A DNA stretch of 64,000 nucleotides, taken from an uncultured bacterium (GTDB taxonomy: Bacteria > Desulfobacterota_D > UBA1144 > Nemesobacterales > UBA2774). Positions 29,543 to 39,140 of the stretch are shown here, piece after piece. The stretch spans positions 2,176,001 to 2,240,000 of the forward strand of contig CAWGRW010000009.1 in assembly GCA_963825135.1 (NCBI GenBank), in the 5' to 3' direction. A model generated the notes under the pieces. The model saw only the letters and a program-made list of their open reading frames with translations. It searched no databases and had not been told where the DNA came from. The translations under genes were made by a program, and so were the position numbers. How positions within the stretch are numbered: the stretch's first letter is position 1; every line of letters starts with the position of its first letter.

Positions 29543-30700
29543 ATGAAGAGCTTAAAAGAAATGGACTTTTCCCTTACCCCGTTTGTGGTGATTTGGGAGG
29601 TTACACAGGCGTGCGACCTTGCGTGCCGCCACTGCAGGGCTGAGGCGGTTAACCGACGCGACCCCGGGGAGCTTACAAGGGAGGAAGGTTTCGACCTTAT
29701 CGATAAAGTACGCTCGATGGGGACCGAGATTATGATATTGAGCGGCGGCGATCCGATAAAGAGAGAGGATATTTTCGATTTGATCGGGTACGGGTCCCGG
29801 CAGGGTTTGCGCATGGCTACGATTCCGGCCGCTACGCCGAGTCTTACGCCGGAGATTGTCGGAAGGCTGAAAGAAGCGGGTCTCGCTCAGATGGCGCTCA
29901 GTCTGGACGGACCCGACAGGGAGTCTCACGATACGTTCAGGGGGGTTCCCGGGGCTTTCGACTTGACCATGCAGGGCGCTCGGTACGCACGTTCCGCGGG
30001 CCTTCCGCTTCAAATCAACACGACGTTCGGCATGCACAATATAGACCGTTTCGAGGAAATTGCCCGGCTCGTGAGGGACCTCGGGGTCGTCTTCTGGGAG
30101 GTGTTTTTCCTTGTGCCCATGGGCAGGGGGAAGCTGCTTGAACAGATGGAGGCTTACCGGTATGAAAGACTGTTTGAGAAGCTTTACGGGTTTTCGAGGG
30201 AAGTCGATTTCATAGTCAAGATAACGGAGGCCCAGCATTACAGGCGGTATGTGATCAAGCAGGAGATGAAAAAGCGTACGGCGGGCGGGGGTCCCCTCGA
30301 AGGGAGCCTCCCTGAACGCCTTACGCGCGATTTCGGACCGGGGGGCAGCATCGGGCTTGCGCCCAAGGGGGTCAATTCGGGTAACGGTTTTGTGTTTATT
30401 TCCCACACGGGCGAGGTCTATCCGAGCGGGTTCTTGCCCATATCCGGCGGGAACGTGAGAAACGAAAGCATTGTCGATATATATAGAAACTCGCCGCTAT
30501 TCAGGGAGATAAGGGACTACGACAGGCTCAAGGGGAAGTGCGGCGCGTGCGAGTTCAAGAACGTATGCGGCGGCTCGAGGGCGAGGTCGTACGCCGTGAC
30601 GGGAGATTACATGGAATCGGAGCCCTATTGCGTGTACGTGCCGAAGGGCTATGAGGCGGAAAAGTCCGTGGGGGAGAGAGCATCCGAGGCGGAAATTTAA
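29543..30700 (+). CDS. radical SAM/SPASM protein (TIGR04053-like, AhbD/NirJ-related)
   Basis: IWEVTQACDLACRHC, GGDP, SPASM KGKCGACEF..VCGGSRARSYA. Confidence 0.88.
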   Translation: MKSLKEMDFSLTPFVVIWEVTQACDLACRHCRAEAVNRRDPGELTREEGFDLIDKVRSMGTEIMILSGGDPIKREDIFDLIGYGSRQGLRMATIPAATPSLTPEIVGRLKEAGLAQMALSLDGPDRESHDTFRGVPGAFDLTMQGARYARSAGLPLQINTTFGMHNIDRFEEIARLVRDLGVVFWEVFFLVPMGRGKLLEQMEAYRYERLFEKLYGFSREVDFIVKITEAQHYRRYVIKQEMKKRTAGGGPLEGSLPERLTRDFGPGGSIGLAPKGVNSGNGFVFISHTGEVYPSGFLPISGGNVRNESIVDIYRNSPLFREIRDYDRLKGKCGACEFKNVCGGSRARSYAVTGDYMESEPYCVYVPKGYEAEKSVGERASEAEI

Positions 30701-31001
30701 CAACTGCAACGCCTTCTGACCGCGGCTTCCACCGGCAGCCGTGGCCTAAACCCTTCAAGCCGAGCTTGTAGATCGACGCAATATTTTGCCTTAGTGGGCT
30801 TGGCCAGAGTAATAAATACCGGGTTAATTTTAGAGCGTATGGACCATCGCTGTCCCTGGAGGTGGGGATCGCAGGGGTTTGTGAGCAATACCATTTGCCA
30901 CTTCCATTGTGTTCCTAATAATATATAATGACGATAACTTTATATTCGTCAGAGTTAATCTATAATATTCAGAGATGGTTACTTTTTCAGGAGGATTCCG
31001 G

Positions 31002-31757
31002 ATGACTTTAATTATCCGTTATTATAAAATTACTCTATTCCTTTGCGTTGTTTCCGTATTCGGATGCATTACCGGAACGCGTGCTTCGGCGCAGGTTACG
31101 TTTACGAACGACGAAGCGGAGTTCTTCGCCGACAACCCCGGTCTCCTGGTTCAGGCTTTCAATTCCGCCGTCACCTCCGGCTGTGATGCGCCCTTCGATT
31201 CGACCGACAGCGCCGGCTGCTTCCCGCCGGGCGCAATACTCCCGGGGGTGGTGTACGATGTCGCCCCCTCCCACGAGTTCTTCGATATCTTCGCCGTCAA
31301 TTTTGACGGAACGAGCGGCAACCCCTCGAAAGCGATCGGACCGGACAACCATACCGATACTTTGGATATTATTTTCGAGAAAGGCGGAGTGTCCGCTGCC
31401 GGAGTCAGGCCCGGATGCTTCGTATTGACCGGCGATGTGTGCCTTAGAACTGTGACGATCAGCGTCTATGGAGCCGGAGACGCGTTATTAAGCTCTACGC
31501 AGGCGGATGTGTCGAGCCATTTCGACGATTTCGTCGGCGTCGAGTCCGACATTCCCATAGCGAGGATCAGCGTCGCGGGGCCTGATTTGGGGCCCGACTC
31601 CGGCTTCCACGCAGTTTCGGAAGTGGTTTTTCCGCAGGGTTCGCTCTCGCCTGTTCCCACACTCTCCGAATGGGGCATGATAGCGGCTGCGGCAGGATTG
31701 ATGCTCGTCGGGGTCTTCTTCGCGGTGAGGAAAAGAATAGCACAGGCGAAGGTTTAA
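31002..31757 (+). CDS. IPTL-CTERM surface protein
   Basis: GGAGG RBS, signal peptide, VPTLSEWGMI-TM-RKR. Confidence 0.88.
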   Translation: MTLIIRYYKITLFLCVVSVFGCITGTRASAQVTFTNDEAEFFADNPGLLVQAFNSAVTSGCDAPFDSTDSAGCFPPGAILPGVVYDVAPSHEFFDIFAVNFDGTSGNPSKAIGPDNHTDTLDIIFEKGGVSAAGVRPGCFVLTGDVCLRTVTISVYGAGDALLSSTQADVSSHFDDFVGVESDIPIARISVAGPDLGPDSGFHAVSEVVFPQGSLSPVPTLSEWGMIAAAAGLMLVGVFFAVRKRIAQAKV

Positions 31758-31793
31758 ATTATAATAGAAGATAAATAAGTCGGGAGGAAGAAA

Positions 31794-32333
31794 ATGAAAA
31801 AGATTGTTAGAGCCGGAACGGTATTACTTTTAATATTTACGGCAGGGGCAATGATAAATCTGTCCACCGCTGAAAAAGCGAGTGCGCAGTCGTGCTCGAT
31901 GACAATATGCAAGTCCGCTCCGGGAGCGCCGCCGGACCTCGGGTTCACGATTAACTTCGGCGGAGATTTAAAACCTTTCTCGGTCGAGCTTTTTGACGGG
32001 GCTGATTGTTTTACTACGTCGATATCTTTCAATAGCGTTGTCGAAGTCACTGAGGAACCTACATCCGGATGGCCGCTTCAGGACGTCGTCTGCGATGATG
32101 TTCCGGGATTTCCGGTTTCGAATATACGGGACGGTATATCGGCAAACTGTGCTCCGCAGTCGGGCTTCGCTGAGATTACCTGCACGTTCGTAAACGGAGT
32201 GCCCCCGGCTAATATTCCGACCCTCTCCGAATGGGGCATGATAGCGGCGGCGGCGGGTCTTATGCTCGTCGGGGTCTTCTTCGCGGTGAGAAAACGACTG
32301 CGAGCCAGCAAGCAGTCGGGCGCAATTGGCTGA
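31794..32333 (+). CDS. IPTL-CTERM surface protein
   Basis: Signal peptide, VEVTEEP..GW...ITCTFVN domain, IPTLSEWGMI-TM-RKR. Confidence 0.9.
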   Translation: MKKIVRAGTVLLLIFTAGAMINLSTAEKASAQSCSMTICKSAPGAPPDLGFTINFGGDLKPFSVELFDGADCFTTSISFNSVVEVTEEPTSGWPLQDVVCDDVPGFPVSNIRDGISANCAPQSGFAEITCTFVNGVPPANIPTLSEWGMIAAAAGLMLVGVFFAVRKRLRASKQSGAIG

Positions 32334-32662
32334 TTGCGGACAAGCTGGTCCCGCGCCTTATCGGAGAGACGGACGCCAAAACGAGAAGGGTTACGCATAT
32401 ATTCACTTGGATTATTAATTTTCGGAATCGTTCTCCTAACGGGGGAGGAATGGAGTTAAATGGGGGATGATTTCCGGCAATTCGGACATTTCGGACATCA
32501 GGAAGGGGTATATGCCGCGGGGAATGTCGCAAATGTCCGAAACCCCGTCCCTCCCGCGCCCTCAGCCTCTTCTTTCCTTTCAAGTAGTTACAACCGTTTT
32601 CCTGTGGTACACTCTTGACCGCTCATGGGGTTATAATTACACCGCGCCGTCAAAAATAGCTC

Positions 32663-33283
32663 ATGCATATACCGTTTCTCGAAATAGACCTCGTTGCCCT
32701 GATCAAGTGGGCCGGATACATAGGCATATTCGTCATCATATTCGCCGAATGCGGGTTCTTGCTGGGTATATTCCTCCCCGGCGACTCGCTCCTGTTCACG
32801 GCCGGGTTCCTCGCCTCCCAGGGGCATCTGAATGTATCGCTCCTCATACTGATATGCTTTGCGGGCGCGGTTCTCGGCGACAACTTCGGATACGCGTTCG
32901 GGCGCAGGGCGGGGCCCGCGATCTTCAAGAAAGAGGACTCGTTCTTTTTCCATAAGAAACACCTTGAGAGGGCGGCGCAGTTTTATGAGAAGCACGGAGG
33001 GAAAACCGTAATTCTCGCCCGCTTCATGCCCGTCATAAGGACGTTCGCCCCGATACTGGCCGGCGTGGGCAGGATGAACTACAAGGTTTTCATCATGTAC
33101 AACCTTGTCGGCGGCGCGCTCTGGGCTATCGGCCTGACGTCGCTCGGCTACTTTTTGGGCTCGACGATCCCGGGCGTGGACAAGTACCTCTTCCCGATCG
33201 TGCTGACGATCATCGTACTCTCCATGCTTCCGGGGATTATCGCGTCTCTCAAGTCCCTGCTCGGAAAGAAGAAGCAAAAATGA
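32663..33283 (+). CDS. dedA: DedA/VTT family membrane protein
   Basis: FAECG...FLPGDSLLF, GDNFGY, LARFMPVIRTFAP. Confidence 0.92.
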   Translation: MHIPFLEIDLVALIKWAGYIGIFVIIFAECGFLLGIFLPGDSLLFTAGFLASQGHLNVSLLILICFAGAVLGDNFGYAFGRRAGPAIFKKEDSFFFHKKHLERAAQFYEKHGGKTVILARFMPVIRTFAPILAGVGRMNYKVFIMYNLVGGALWAIGLTSLGYFLGSTIPGVDKYLFPIVLTIIVLSMLPGIIASLKSLLGKKKQK

Positions 33284-33285
33284 CT

Positions 33286-33510
33286 TCACTTTCGGGGGGG
33301 TTCTTTCGACTCCCGTACGAGCCGCTTCAACAGCAGAATCAAAACCCCGGGCTTGAATAATACCGAGATAAAGAATTTGAAATCCTCCCGGCCCGGATAA
33401 ATCTTTACCTCCCACGACCCCACTGCGGCGTTGACGACGACGCTCCCGCTTTCAATCGCAGCGCTTCTTATGACGACGTCAAGCTCGCCTGCGGGACTTG
33501 TTACCTTCAT
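33286..33510 (-). CDS. small hypothetical protein coupled to hemY
   Basis: Overlaps the hemY 3' end; GAGGG RBS. Confidence 0.55.
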   Translation of the reverse strand: MKVTSPAGELDVVIRSAAIESGSVVVNAAVGSWEVKIYPGREDFKFFISVLFKPGVLILLLKRLVRESKEPPRK

Positions 33511-34978
33511 CCGCAGCCCTCCGCCCGGTGATGTAAGAGAATATTCCTTCCGCCGCTTCCTCGCCCGAGCGTATGCAATCGGGTACTCCCGCGCCGCCGT
33601 AGGCGTTCCCCGCGAGCCTCAATCCGGGATATGCGGACGCCGTCTCCTTTATCCGGGCTACAAGCGCGACGTGGCCGACCGCGTAATGGGGCATGGATTC
33701 CGGGTTCCGGGTGACCAGGCTGTATAGAGGCCCGGACCTGATGCCTAAAATGGGCGAGAGTGATTCGTGCGCAAGCCCTATGAGCCGTCCGTCGTCCTCG
33801 CGGCATATATTGGGGTTCTGAGCGCCTCCCGCGACGACGCGGAGGAGTACGGTATCTTCGGGACTCCGTCCCGGGAATTTCACGCTGCTGAACGTGCACG
33901 CGAGCACCGGCAGGCGTTCCGACGAAGGGACCAGGAAGCCCGAGCCGTCTAACGCGAGGGCCACGTCGCTCTTCCTGTATCCGACGTTTATCACGGCCGT
34001 CGATACGTATTTGATCCGGGAGAGGCGCTCCGGGAGCTCGAGGTCTATGCCTCCCGTGACGAGTGAGGCCTGAGAGGCCGGAAGCGCCACTATGACGGCG
34101 TCGTATTCGAGAGGGTTCCCGCCGTAAAGATGCACCCTGAATCCCTTTCCCGCGGGCTCGATCCGTTTCACCCTGCTCCTGAGTCTTAGGGAGTTCTGCG
34201 GCAGCCCGGATACGAGGGCCTGAATGAGGGTTTCCATGCCGCGGTTAAAGGTCGCGAACCTCCCGCCCTCTCCGCCGCCGTTTTTAGAGCCGTCTCGCGG
34301 GGCCCTGTTCTTTCTCATCCCGCGCGCGACGCTCCCGTATTGCTCCTCCATTTTCACGAGCCCGGGCAGGGCCGCGCGGACGCTCAGGGTAGCGGGGTCC
34401 CCGGCGTATATGCCGGTCAGCAGCGGCTCCGCTATCCGCTCGTACGCCTCCGCGCCGAACCTCCGCTTAATGAAAGCCGCCGCGCTCTCGTCATCGAGCG
34501 ATTCCCCCCTGGGCAGGAACGGCTCAAGCGTCATGCGGAGCTTCCCTCTCATCGAGAGTATCGGAGAGTTGAAAAGGGCCGCCATGCTCGAGGGGGCCGG
34601 GAACAGCCCGTCAGGCAGCGCAATGAGCTTTCCGCCCCGGACGATGTAGATTTTTCCCGCCTCCCCGCTCGTCCCTATCAATTCGGGCTCGAGGCCGGCC
34701 CTTATGGAAAGGCTGAGCGCCTCGGGCTTGGACCTGAGGAAGGAGTCGGGCCCCTCCTCGGCGAGAAAACCGCCTGAATAACGCGTAGAGATAACGCCCC
34801 CGGGCCTATCTTTGCCTTCGAGCACGGTGAGGTCCAAAGGCAGTCCCCGCTCGGCGCAGAGCCCGGCGAGCCTGTATGCGGCGCTAAGCCCCGTGATGCC
34901 GGCTCCTATGACGGCTATACGGGGCCTCTCGTTCATCCCGAAGCGCGCTCCGGGTGCCGGATTATTATGGCGGCTCAT
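33479..34978 (-). CDS. hemY: protoporphyrinogen/coproporphyrinogen oxidase (HemY type; start may be 34936)
   Basis: IGAGITGLSAAY, EEGPDSF, GIYAGD, MPHYAVGH, GVPDCIRSG. Confidence 0.92.
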   Translation of the reverse strand: MSRHNNPAPGARFGMNERPRIAVIGAGITGLSAAYRLAGLCAERGLPLDLTVLEGKDRPGGVISTRYSGGFLAEEGPDSFLRSKPEALSLSIRAGLEPELIGTSGEAGKIYIVRGGKLIALPDGLFPAPSSMAALFNSPILSMRGKLRMTLEPFLPRGESLDDESAAAFIKRRFGAEAYERIAEPLLTGIYAGDPATLSVRAALPGLVKMEEQYGSVARGMRKNRAPRDGSKNGGGEGGRFATFNRGMETLIQALVSGLPQNSLRLRSRVKRIEPAGKGFRVHLYGGNPLEYDAVIVALPASQASLVTGGIDLELPERLSRIKYVSTAVINVGYRKSDVALALDGSGFLVPSSERLPVLACTFSSVKFPGRSPEDTVLLRVVAGGAQNPNICREDDGRLIGLAHESLSPILGIRSGPLYSLVTRNPESMPHYAVGHVALVARIKETASAYPGLRLAGNAYGGAGVPDCIRSGEEAAEGIFSYITGRRAADEGNKSRRRA

Positions 34979-35014
34979 CAGTAACTCCGTAGAATCCCCC
35001 CTCTAAGTAGAAAG

Positions 35015-35029
35015 GCAATAAAAGTGCCA
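35015..35029 (-). promoter_or_regulatory. sigma-54 promoter for hemY
   Basis: Minus strand TGGCAC-TTTTA-TTGC. Confidence 0.8.
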
Positions 35030-35078
35030 GTGTATTCTCTATTATTTATCGCGCATCCGGGCGGGGCCGGGTGTAAGG

Positions 35079-35095
35079 TGTCGGAAAGTCTGACA
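35079..35095. promoter_or_regulatory. candidate enhancer TGTC-N9-GACA between divergent sigma-54 promoters
   Basis: TGTCGGAAAGTCTGACA. Confidence 0.55.
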
Positions 35096-35224
35096 GAGCG
35101 GGCGGATACGGAATACGGGCAAGAAGCCGTATTTTGCCTTGACTAGCGCGCTGCAGGGGTTCAAATACCCGGAATTCGTTCGGTAATCGCCTTAGGGCGG
35201 AGTTATCGCCTGTCTTTTCCCCTC

Positions 35225-35240
35225 TGGCACAGCGGTTGCA
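35225..35240 (+). promoter_or_regulatory. sigma-54 promoter for the second radical SAM gene
   Basis: TGGCAC-AGCGG-TTGCA. Confidence 0.8.
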
Positions 35241-35276
35241 ATTCATAAAGAATCAGTCAAATGCCGGTGAGCAGGT

Positions 35277-36407
35277 ATGGGAATAACACAGAAGCCTGAA
35301 AGAGCCGATTTTTCGGTTGCGCCCTTTATTGTGATCTGGGAGGTGACCCGGTCCTGCGACCTCGCGTGCCTCCACTGCAGGGCGGACGCGCGGACCTGCA
35401 GGGACCCTCGCGAGCTCACCACATACCAGGGGCGTAACCTCATAGACGATATAGCGGGGTTCGGATCCCCGCTCCTGGTCCTTACGGGCGGCGACCCGCT
35501 TAAAAGGGACGATATCTACGAGCTCATATCGTACGGCGTGGGGAAGGGGTTACGTACCACGGTGTCTCCGAGCGTGACGCCGCTTCTTACGGACGAGTCC
35601 GTCCGCAGGCTCGGGGATGCGGGCATCTCCAGAATGGCTGTGAGCCTCGACGGCTCCACACCCCTCATACACGATTCGTTCAGGGGCGTTAACGGCAGCT
35701 TCGCCAGGACCCTTGAGGTTCTATCTCTCTGCGCGCTCGAGGGCATACCGATACAGGTCAATACGACCGTAACGAAATACAATATAGGGGATTTCGACAA
35801 CATAGCGGACCTCATAAGCGGGTTCAATCCTGTTCTCTGGAGCGTGTTCTTCCTGGTGCCGACGGGGCGGGGGAAGGCGGTCGAAGGGGTGAGCGCGGAG
35901 GAATATGAGGAGGTCTTCGGGAAGATGTATGAGCTCTCGAAGGTGATGCCTTACGACATCAAGTCCACGGAAGCGCCCCATTACAGGCGCTACGCGGCCC
36001 AGGCAGGGGTCCGGGAATCGAGGGCGGGTAACCGGCCTCAGGCCGCGGGGGAAAGGAAGCGGGACGCCATAGGCAGGGCGCCGAGAGGGATAAACGACGG
36101 GAAGGGCTTCGTCTTCGTTTCCCACACGGGCGAGGTCTATCCGAGCGGGTTCTTGCCCCTGTCCGGCGGGAACGTGAAGAACGAAAGCATCGTGGATGTA
36201 TACGGAAACTCGCCGCTATTCAGGGAGATAAGGGACTACGACAGGCTCAAGGGGAAGTGCGGGGTATGCGAGTTCAAGAACATATGCGGCGGCTCGAGGG
36301 CGAGGTCGTACGCCGTGACCGGGGATTTCATGGAGTCCGAGCCATTTTGCGTGTACGTGCCGGAGAGATACAAGAGGGGCGGCACTCAGGATAATCCGGG
36401 AGTGTGA
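35277..36407 (+). CDS. radical SAM/SPASM protein (TIGR04053-like), paralog of 29543..30700
   Basis: IWEVTRSCDLACLHC; SPASM region nearly identical to the paralog. Confidence 0.88.
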   Translation: MGITQKPERADFSVAPFIVIWEVTRSCDLACLHCRADARTCRDPRELTTYQGRNLIDDIAGFGSPLLVLTGGDPLKRDDIYELISYGVGKGLRTTVSPSVTPLLTDESVRRLGDAGISRMAVSLDGSTPLIHDSFRGVNGSFARTLEVLSLCALEGIPIQVNTTVTKYNIGDFDNIADLISGFNPVLWSVFFLVPTGRGKAVEGVSAEEYEEVFGKMYELSKVMPYDIKSTEAPHYRRYAAQAGVRESRAGNRPQAAGERKRDAIGRAPRGINDGKGFVFVSHTGEVYPSGFLPLSGGNVKNESIVDVYGNSPLFREIRDYDRLKGKCGVCEFKNICGGSRARSYAVTGDFMESEPFCVYVPERYKRGGTQDNPGV

Positions 36408-36556
36408 AGTACCGGTTTCTCTCCCGAGCACGCGCTTCCGGTTCGGGTAATCGTATAATTTTAGTGATAAAGGGTTTTTCGCCGGGGCTTTCATTTACCG
36501 GCCCCTATGAATGTGTATAATCATTCAGCAAAAAAATTAAACGCGAGGGACTGAAC

Positions 36557-36979
36557 ATGATCGAGAATATAAAGGTGAAGGAAATAATGACCGCTGAAGT
36601 CCTTTCGGTGCACGATAACGAGAACCTGAGCGTCGTGGCCGGGATATTCAGGGAGAACCCGATACATCATGTCCCGGTCCTCAAGGGCAAAAGGCCCGTG
36701 GGGATAATTTCCACGCAGGACATATTTAAGCTGATATTCGACTTCGACTCGACCGATACCAGAATGCTCGACACCCTCCTCGACCATACCTATAAAATCA
36801 AGGACGTCATGACCGGCAAGCTCGTAATATTCGAGGAGGAATCGACGCTCAAGGACGCGGCGAAGATACTCTCCGACAGCTCGCTCCATTCGATCCTTAT
36901 AGTCGACAAGAAGGGCGATCTGACGGGCATTGTAACCACTACCGACCTCGTCAGGTTCCTCTATAAAAATATCGTATAA
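36557..36979 (+). CDS. CBS domain pair protein
   Basis: KVKEIMT...HHVPV...GIISTQD; IKDVMT...GIVTTTDL. Confidence 0.9.
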   Translation: MIENIKVKEIMTAEVLSVHDNENLSVVAGIFRENPIHHVPVLKGKRPVGIISTQDIFKLIFDFDSTDTRMLDTLLDHTYKIKDVMTGKLVIFEEESTLKDAAKILSDSSLHSILIVDKKGDLTGIVTTTDLVRFLYKNIV

Positions 36980-37002
36980 CACACACACACGTTGTGTGGC
37001 TC

Positions 37003-37210
37003 TACGATTCTACCGGAACTCCTCAGCTCAAATCGGCAACTGCGGTAATTTCGATTGTCAGCGGCGACTCGCCGCCCCGTTCATGCTGTGGCGCAGAGCC
37101 TGCGCTCGAATACGATCCTGCTGAATCTCCTCAGCTCAAATCAGCAACTGCGGTAATTTCGATTGTCAGCGGCGACTCGCCGCCTGTTTATTCTGAGTTT
37201 GTCGAAAGAT
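37003..37210. repeat. tandem 108-bp-period intergenic repeat with REP-like ends
   Basis: 37019..37076 matches 37127..37184 with 1 mismatch. Confidence 0.85.
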
Positions 37211-37254
37211 TTAATGACAGGGCGGGAGCGGAGCACGGAGCGAGTGTGCGTGCG

Positions 37255-37464
37255 CTAGAGGATGCCCTGTTTACGCAGGTCCTTTATGACGACGATTACG
37301 TAGATTATTATGGCCATCCCCATGCACGCCCCGCCCACCGACACGGATAATATCATAGTCAGGGGAGTGAATTTGAAGAGCGTCAGGATTATCGTGACGA
37401 GGGCGATCAGGTTGAGCACTCCCGCCGCTATCACGGCCTTTCTTACCCAGGGATGAGTATTCAT
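37255..37464 (-). CDS. small two-helix membrane protein, last gene of the cytochrome operon
   Basis: ATGA overlap with the NapC-like stop; MNTHPWVRKAVIAAG... Confidence 0.7.
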   Translation of the reverse strand: MNTHPWVRKAVIAAGVLNLIALVTIILTLFKFTPLTMILSVSVGGACMGMAIIIYVIVVIKDLRKQGIL

Positions 37465-38099
37465 TGTTCCTTCCATGCCTCCTCGGGGTGGGGTCTCACG
37501 TGGCAGTCCATGCCGAGACACGACATCTTGCTTGAGAGTATGTCTGCCGCGTTCTTTTCGTGCTCCTCCTCTTCCTGAAACGCTATGACGGGGGCGTGGC
37601 AGCGCAGGCATATGGCGTTGTTATAAGTCCCGTAGAGCTTGACGGGGGTCTTGTACCCCGTGTAATAAGCCCATACGTGGCGTATCCCGCCCATCTTCGC
37701 CTTCATGTTGCCGAATATGCCGTAGTCCGAGTGGCATGTGAAACACTGGTCTTCGGAGACCCAGCGGTTCTGGTAGTGCTCTGAGGCGAGATATTCGCTG
37801 TCCGGGTCTTTCAGATCGTTCACGTACCCGTGCATGACGTGACACGAGTTGCAGAACGCGACCTGCTTCGAGTCCTCTATGGCCACGCTGAAGTTGAGGA
37901 GATATGCGATCGGGGAGAGGATGAAGAAGACGATGAGCAGCACCCATTTCCCGAAGGGCTCGGACAGCTTGTTCCTGTCCCGCGCTAAAACGATAATTAT
38001 GAGGACTATGCCGAGGACGCATATCGCAAGCACTATCCATGCGACAAAGGACATCCCCCCCGCGCCTCCCGCTTCCACGCTCTGTTCAAATGGGTTCAT
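37461..38099 (-). CDS. NapC/NirT-family membrane tetraheme quinol dehydrogenase-like cytochrome
   Basis: 2 TM helices, FCNSCHVM, CFTCH, CLRCH, atypical CLGMDCH. Confidence 0.8.
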   Translation of the reverse strand: MNPFEQSVEAGGAGGMSFVAWIVLAICVLGIVLIIIVLARDRNKLSEPFGKWVLLIVFFILSPIAYLLNFSVAIEDSKQVAFCNSCHVMHGYVNDLKDPDSEYLASEHYQNRWVSEDQCFTCHSDYGIFGNMKAKMGGIRHVWAYYTGYKTPVKLYGTYNNAICLRCHAPVIAFQEEEEHEKNAADILSSKMSCLGMDCHVRPHPEEAWKEQ

Positions 38100-38118
38100 T
38101 TATCTCTCGCCCGTTCTC

Positions 38119-38598
38119 TTATTGTTCCTTGAGGCAATCCTGAAATCCCGCTTCCTGCTTGTTTCCGTATTTCAGCGACTCCAGCCAGGCGAGCAAGTCC
38201 TGGAATTCGGCGTCGGTGCCCTTGAACTTCTTTCTCTCTTTCTTCTTGGCGAGCTTCTTGCAGTCAGGCGTGTCCTTGAAATAGTCCTTGGGATTTTTAA
38301 TGAAATCGGTCAGCCACTTCGCGTCCCTGTCCGCGCCTATGTTGGAGAGGTCTCCGCCCTTGGACTCCTCCTTGTCTTCCTCGCTCTCCTTGAGCTCGAC
38401 CCCTTTGGATTTCGCGAATGCCACCTTGGCCGCCTCAATCTGGGCCGACTCGGCCTTGACCGTATGGCACGTATAGCACCGCTTCTCTACAAATATAGCT
38501 ATGCCCTTCTGCTGCACGCTCGCGTCCTGGGCGAATGCCGCGGCCGGTATCATGAGCAGGAGCGCTAATACGTATACATATCCGTGAATTTGTACCAT
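38119..38598 (-). CDS. periplasmic monoheme cytochrome c
   Basis: Signal peptide, CYTCH, GGDLSNIG...WLTDFIKNP. Confidence 0.85.
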   Translation of the reverse strand: MVQIHGYVYVLALLLMIPAAAFAQDASVQQKGIAIFVEKRCYTCHTVKAESAQIEAAKVAFAKSKGVELKESEEDKEESKGGDLSNIGADRDAKWLTDFIKNPKDYFKDTPDCKKLAKKKERKKFKGTDAEFQDLLAWLESLKYGNKQEAGFQDCLKEQ

Positions 38599-39140
38599 GG
38601 TGTGTAAACCCCCTTGTATTTTATAGTTTCGTGACACGTTCCGCACACTTTATTCATGGGCTCTCTCAGATAGACCTCCTTTTCCGGGTCGAGCTTTATT
38701 TCCATGCCCGTCTCTTCCCTGAGCCCGGGAGCGGCGATGATCCTGAGAAAATCCATGCTCCGCTTGTCGAGCTCGGCCCCGTAAACCTTACGGCCCTTTA
38801 TCACGCCCTCCGGGTGCGGGTCGTGGCACGTAAAGCAGGCTATCTTCCCGTTCTCGTCCCCGGGGAGCGGCTTTGCGTCCTTCCCCTCGTGCTCTTTCGA
38901 CCCCGGGTGTATCGTTTCGTCGTGGCACCCGAGGCAGTTCTCGGAAGGGGCGTCCACGAGGAAATACGTCGGGCTCTTCTTCCCCTCCTTCGGGACCTCC
39001 GTATGGCAGTCGAGGCACACGAACTCGTCGTCGACCATCCCGGTATGGGGGTTGTCCTCCTCATCCTTTTTTTCCTGCGAGACGAGGAAGGTGGGGACGA
39101 GCACGATGAGCACGGTTATCAGCATATATCTAATAATCAT
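38565..39140 (-). CDS. tetraheme cytochrome c
   Basis: CLDCH, CLGCH, CFTCHDPH, CGTCH. Confidence 0.88.
   Translation of the reverse strand: MIIRYMLITVLIVLVPTFLVSQEKKDEEDNPHTGMVDDEFVCLDCHTEVPKEGKKSPTYFLVDAPSENCLGCHDETIHPGSKEHEGKDAKPLPGDENGKIACFTCHDPHPEGVIKGRKVYGAELDKRSMDFLRIIAAPGLREETGMEIKLDPEKEVYLREPMNKVCGTCHETIKYKGVYTPWYKFTDMYTY

Noticed and set aside
36994..37350. 118-aa ORF with duplicated PQLKSATAVISIVSGDSPP
   Set aside because: Translation of an intergenic DNA repeat; overlaps the convergent operon's last gene.
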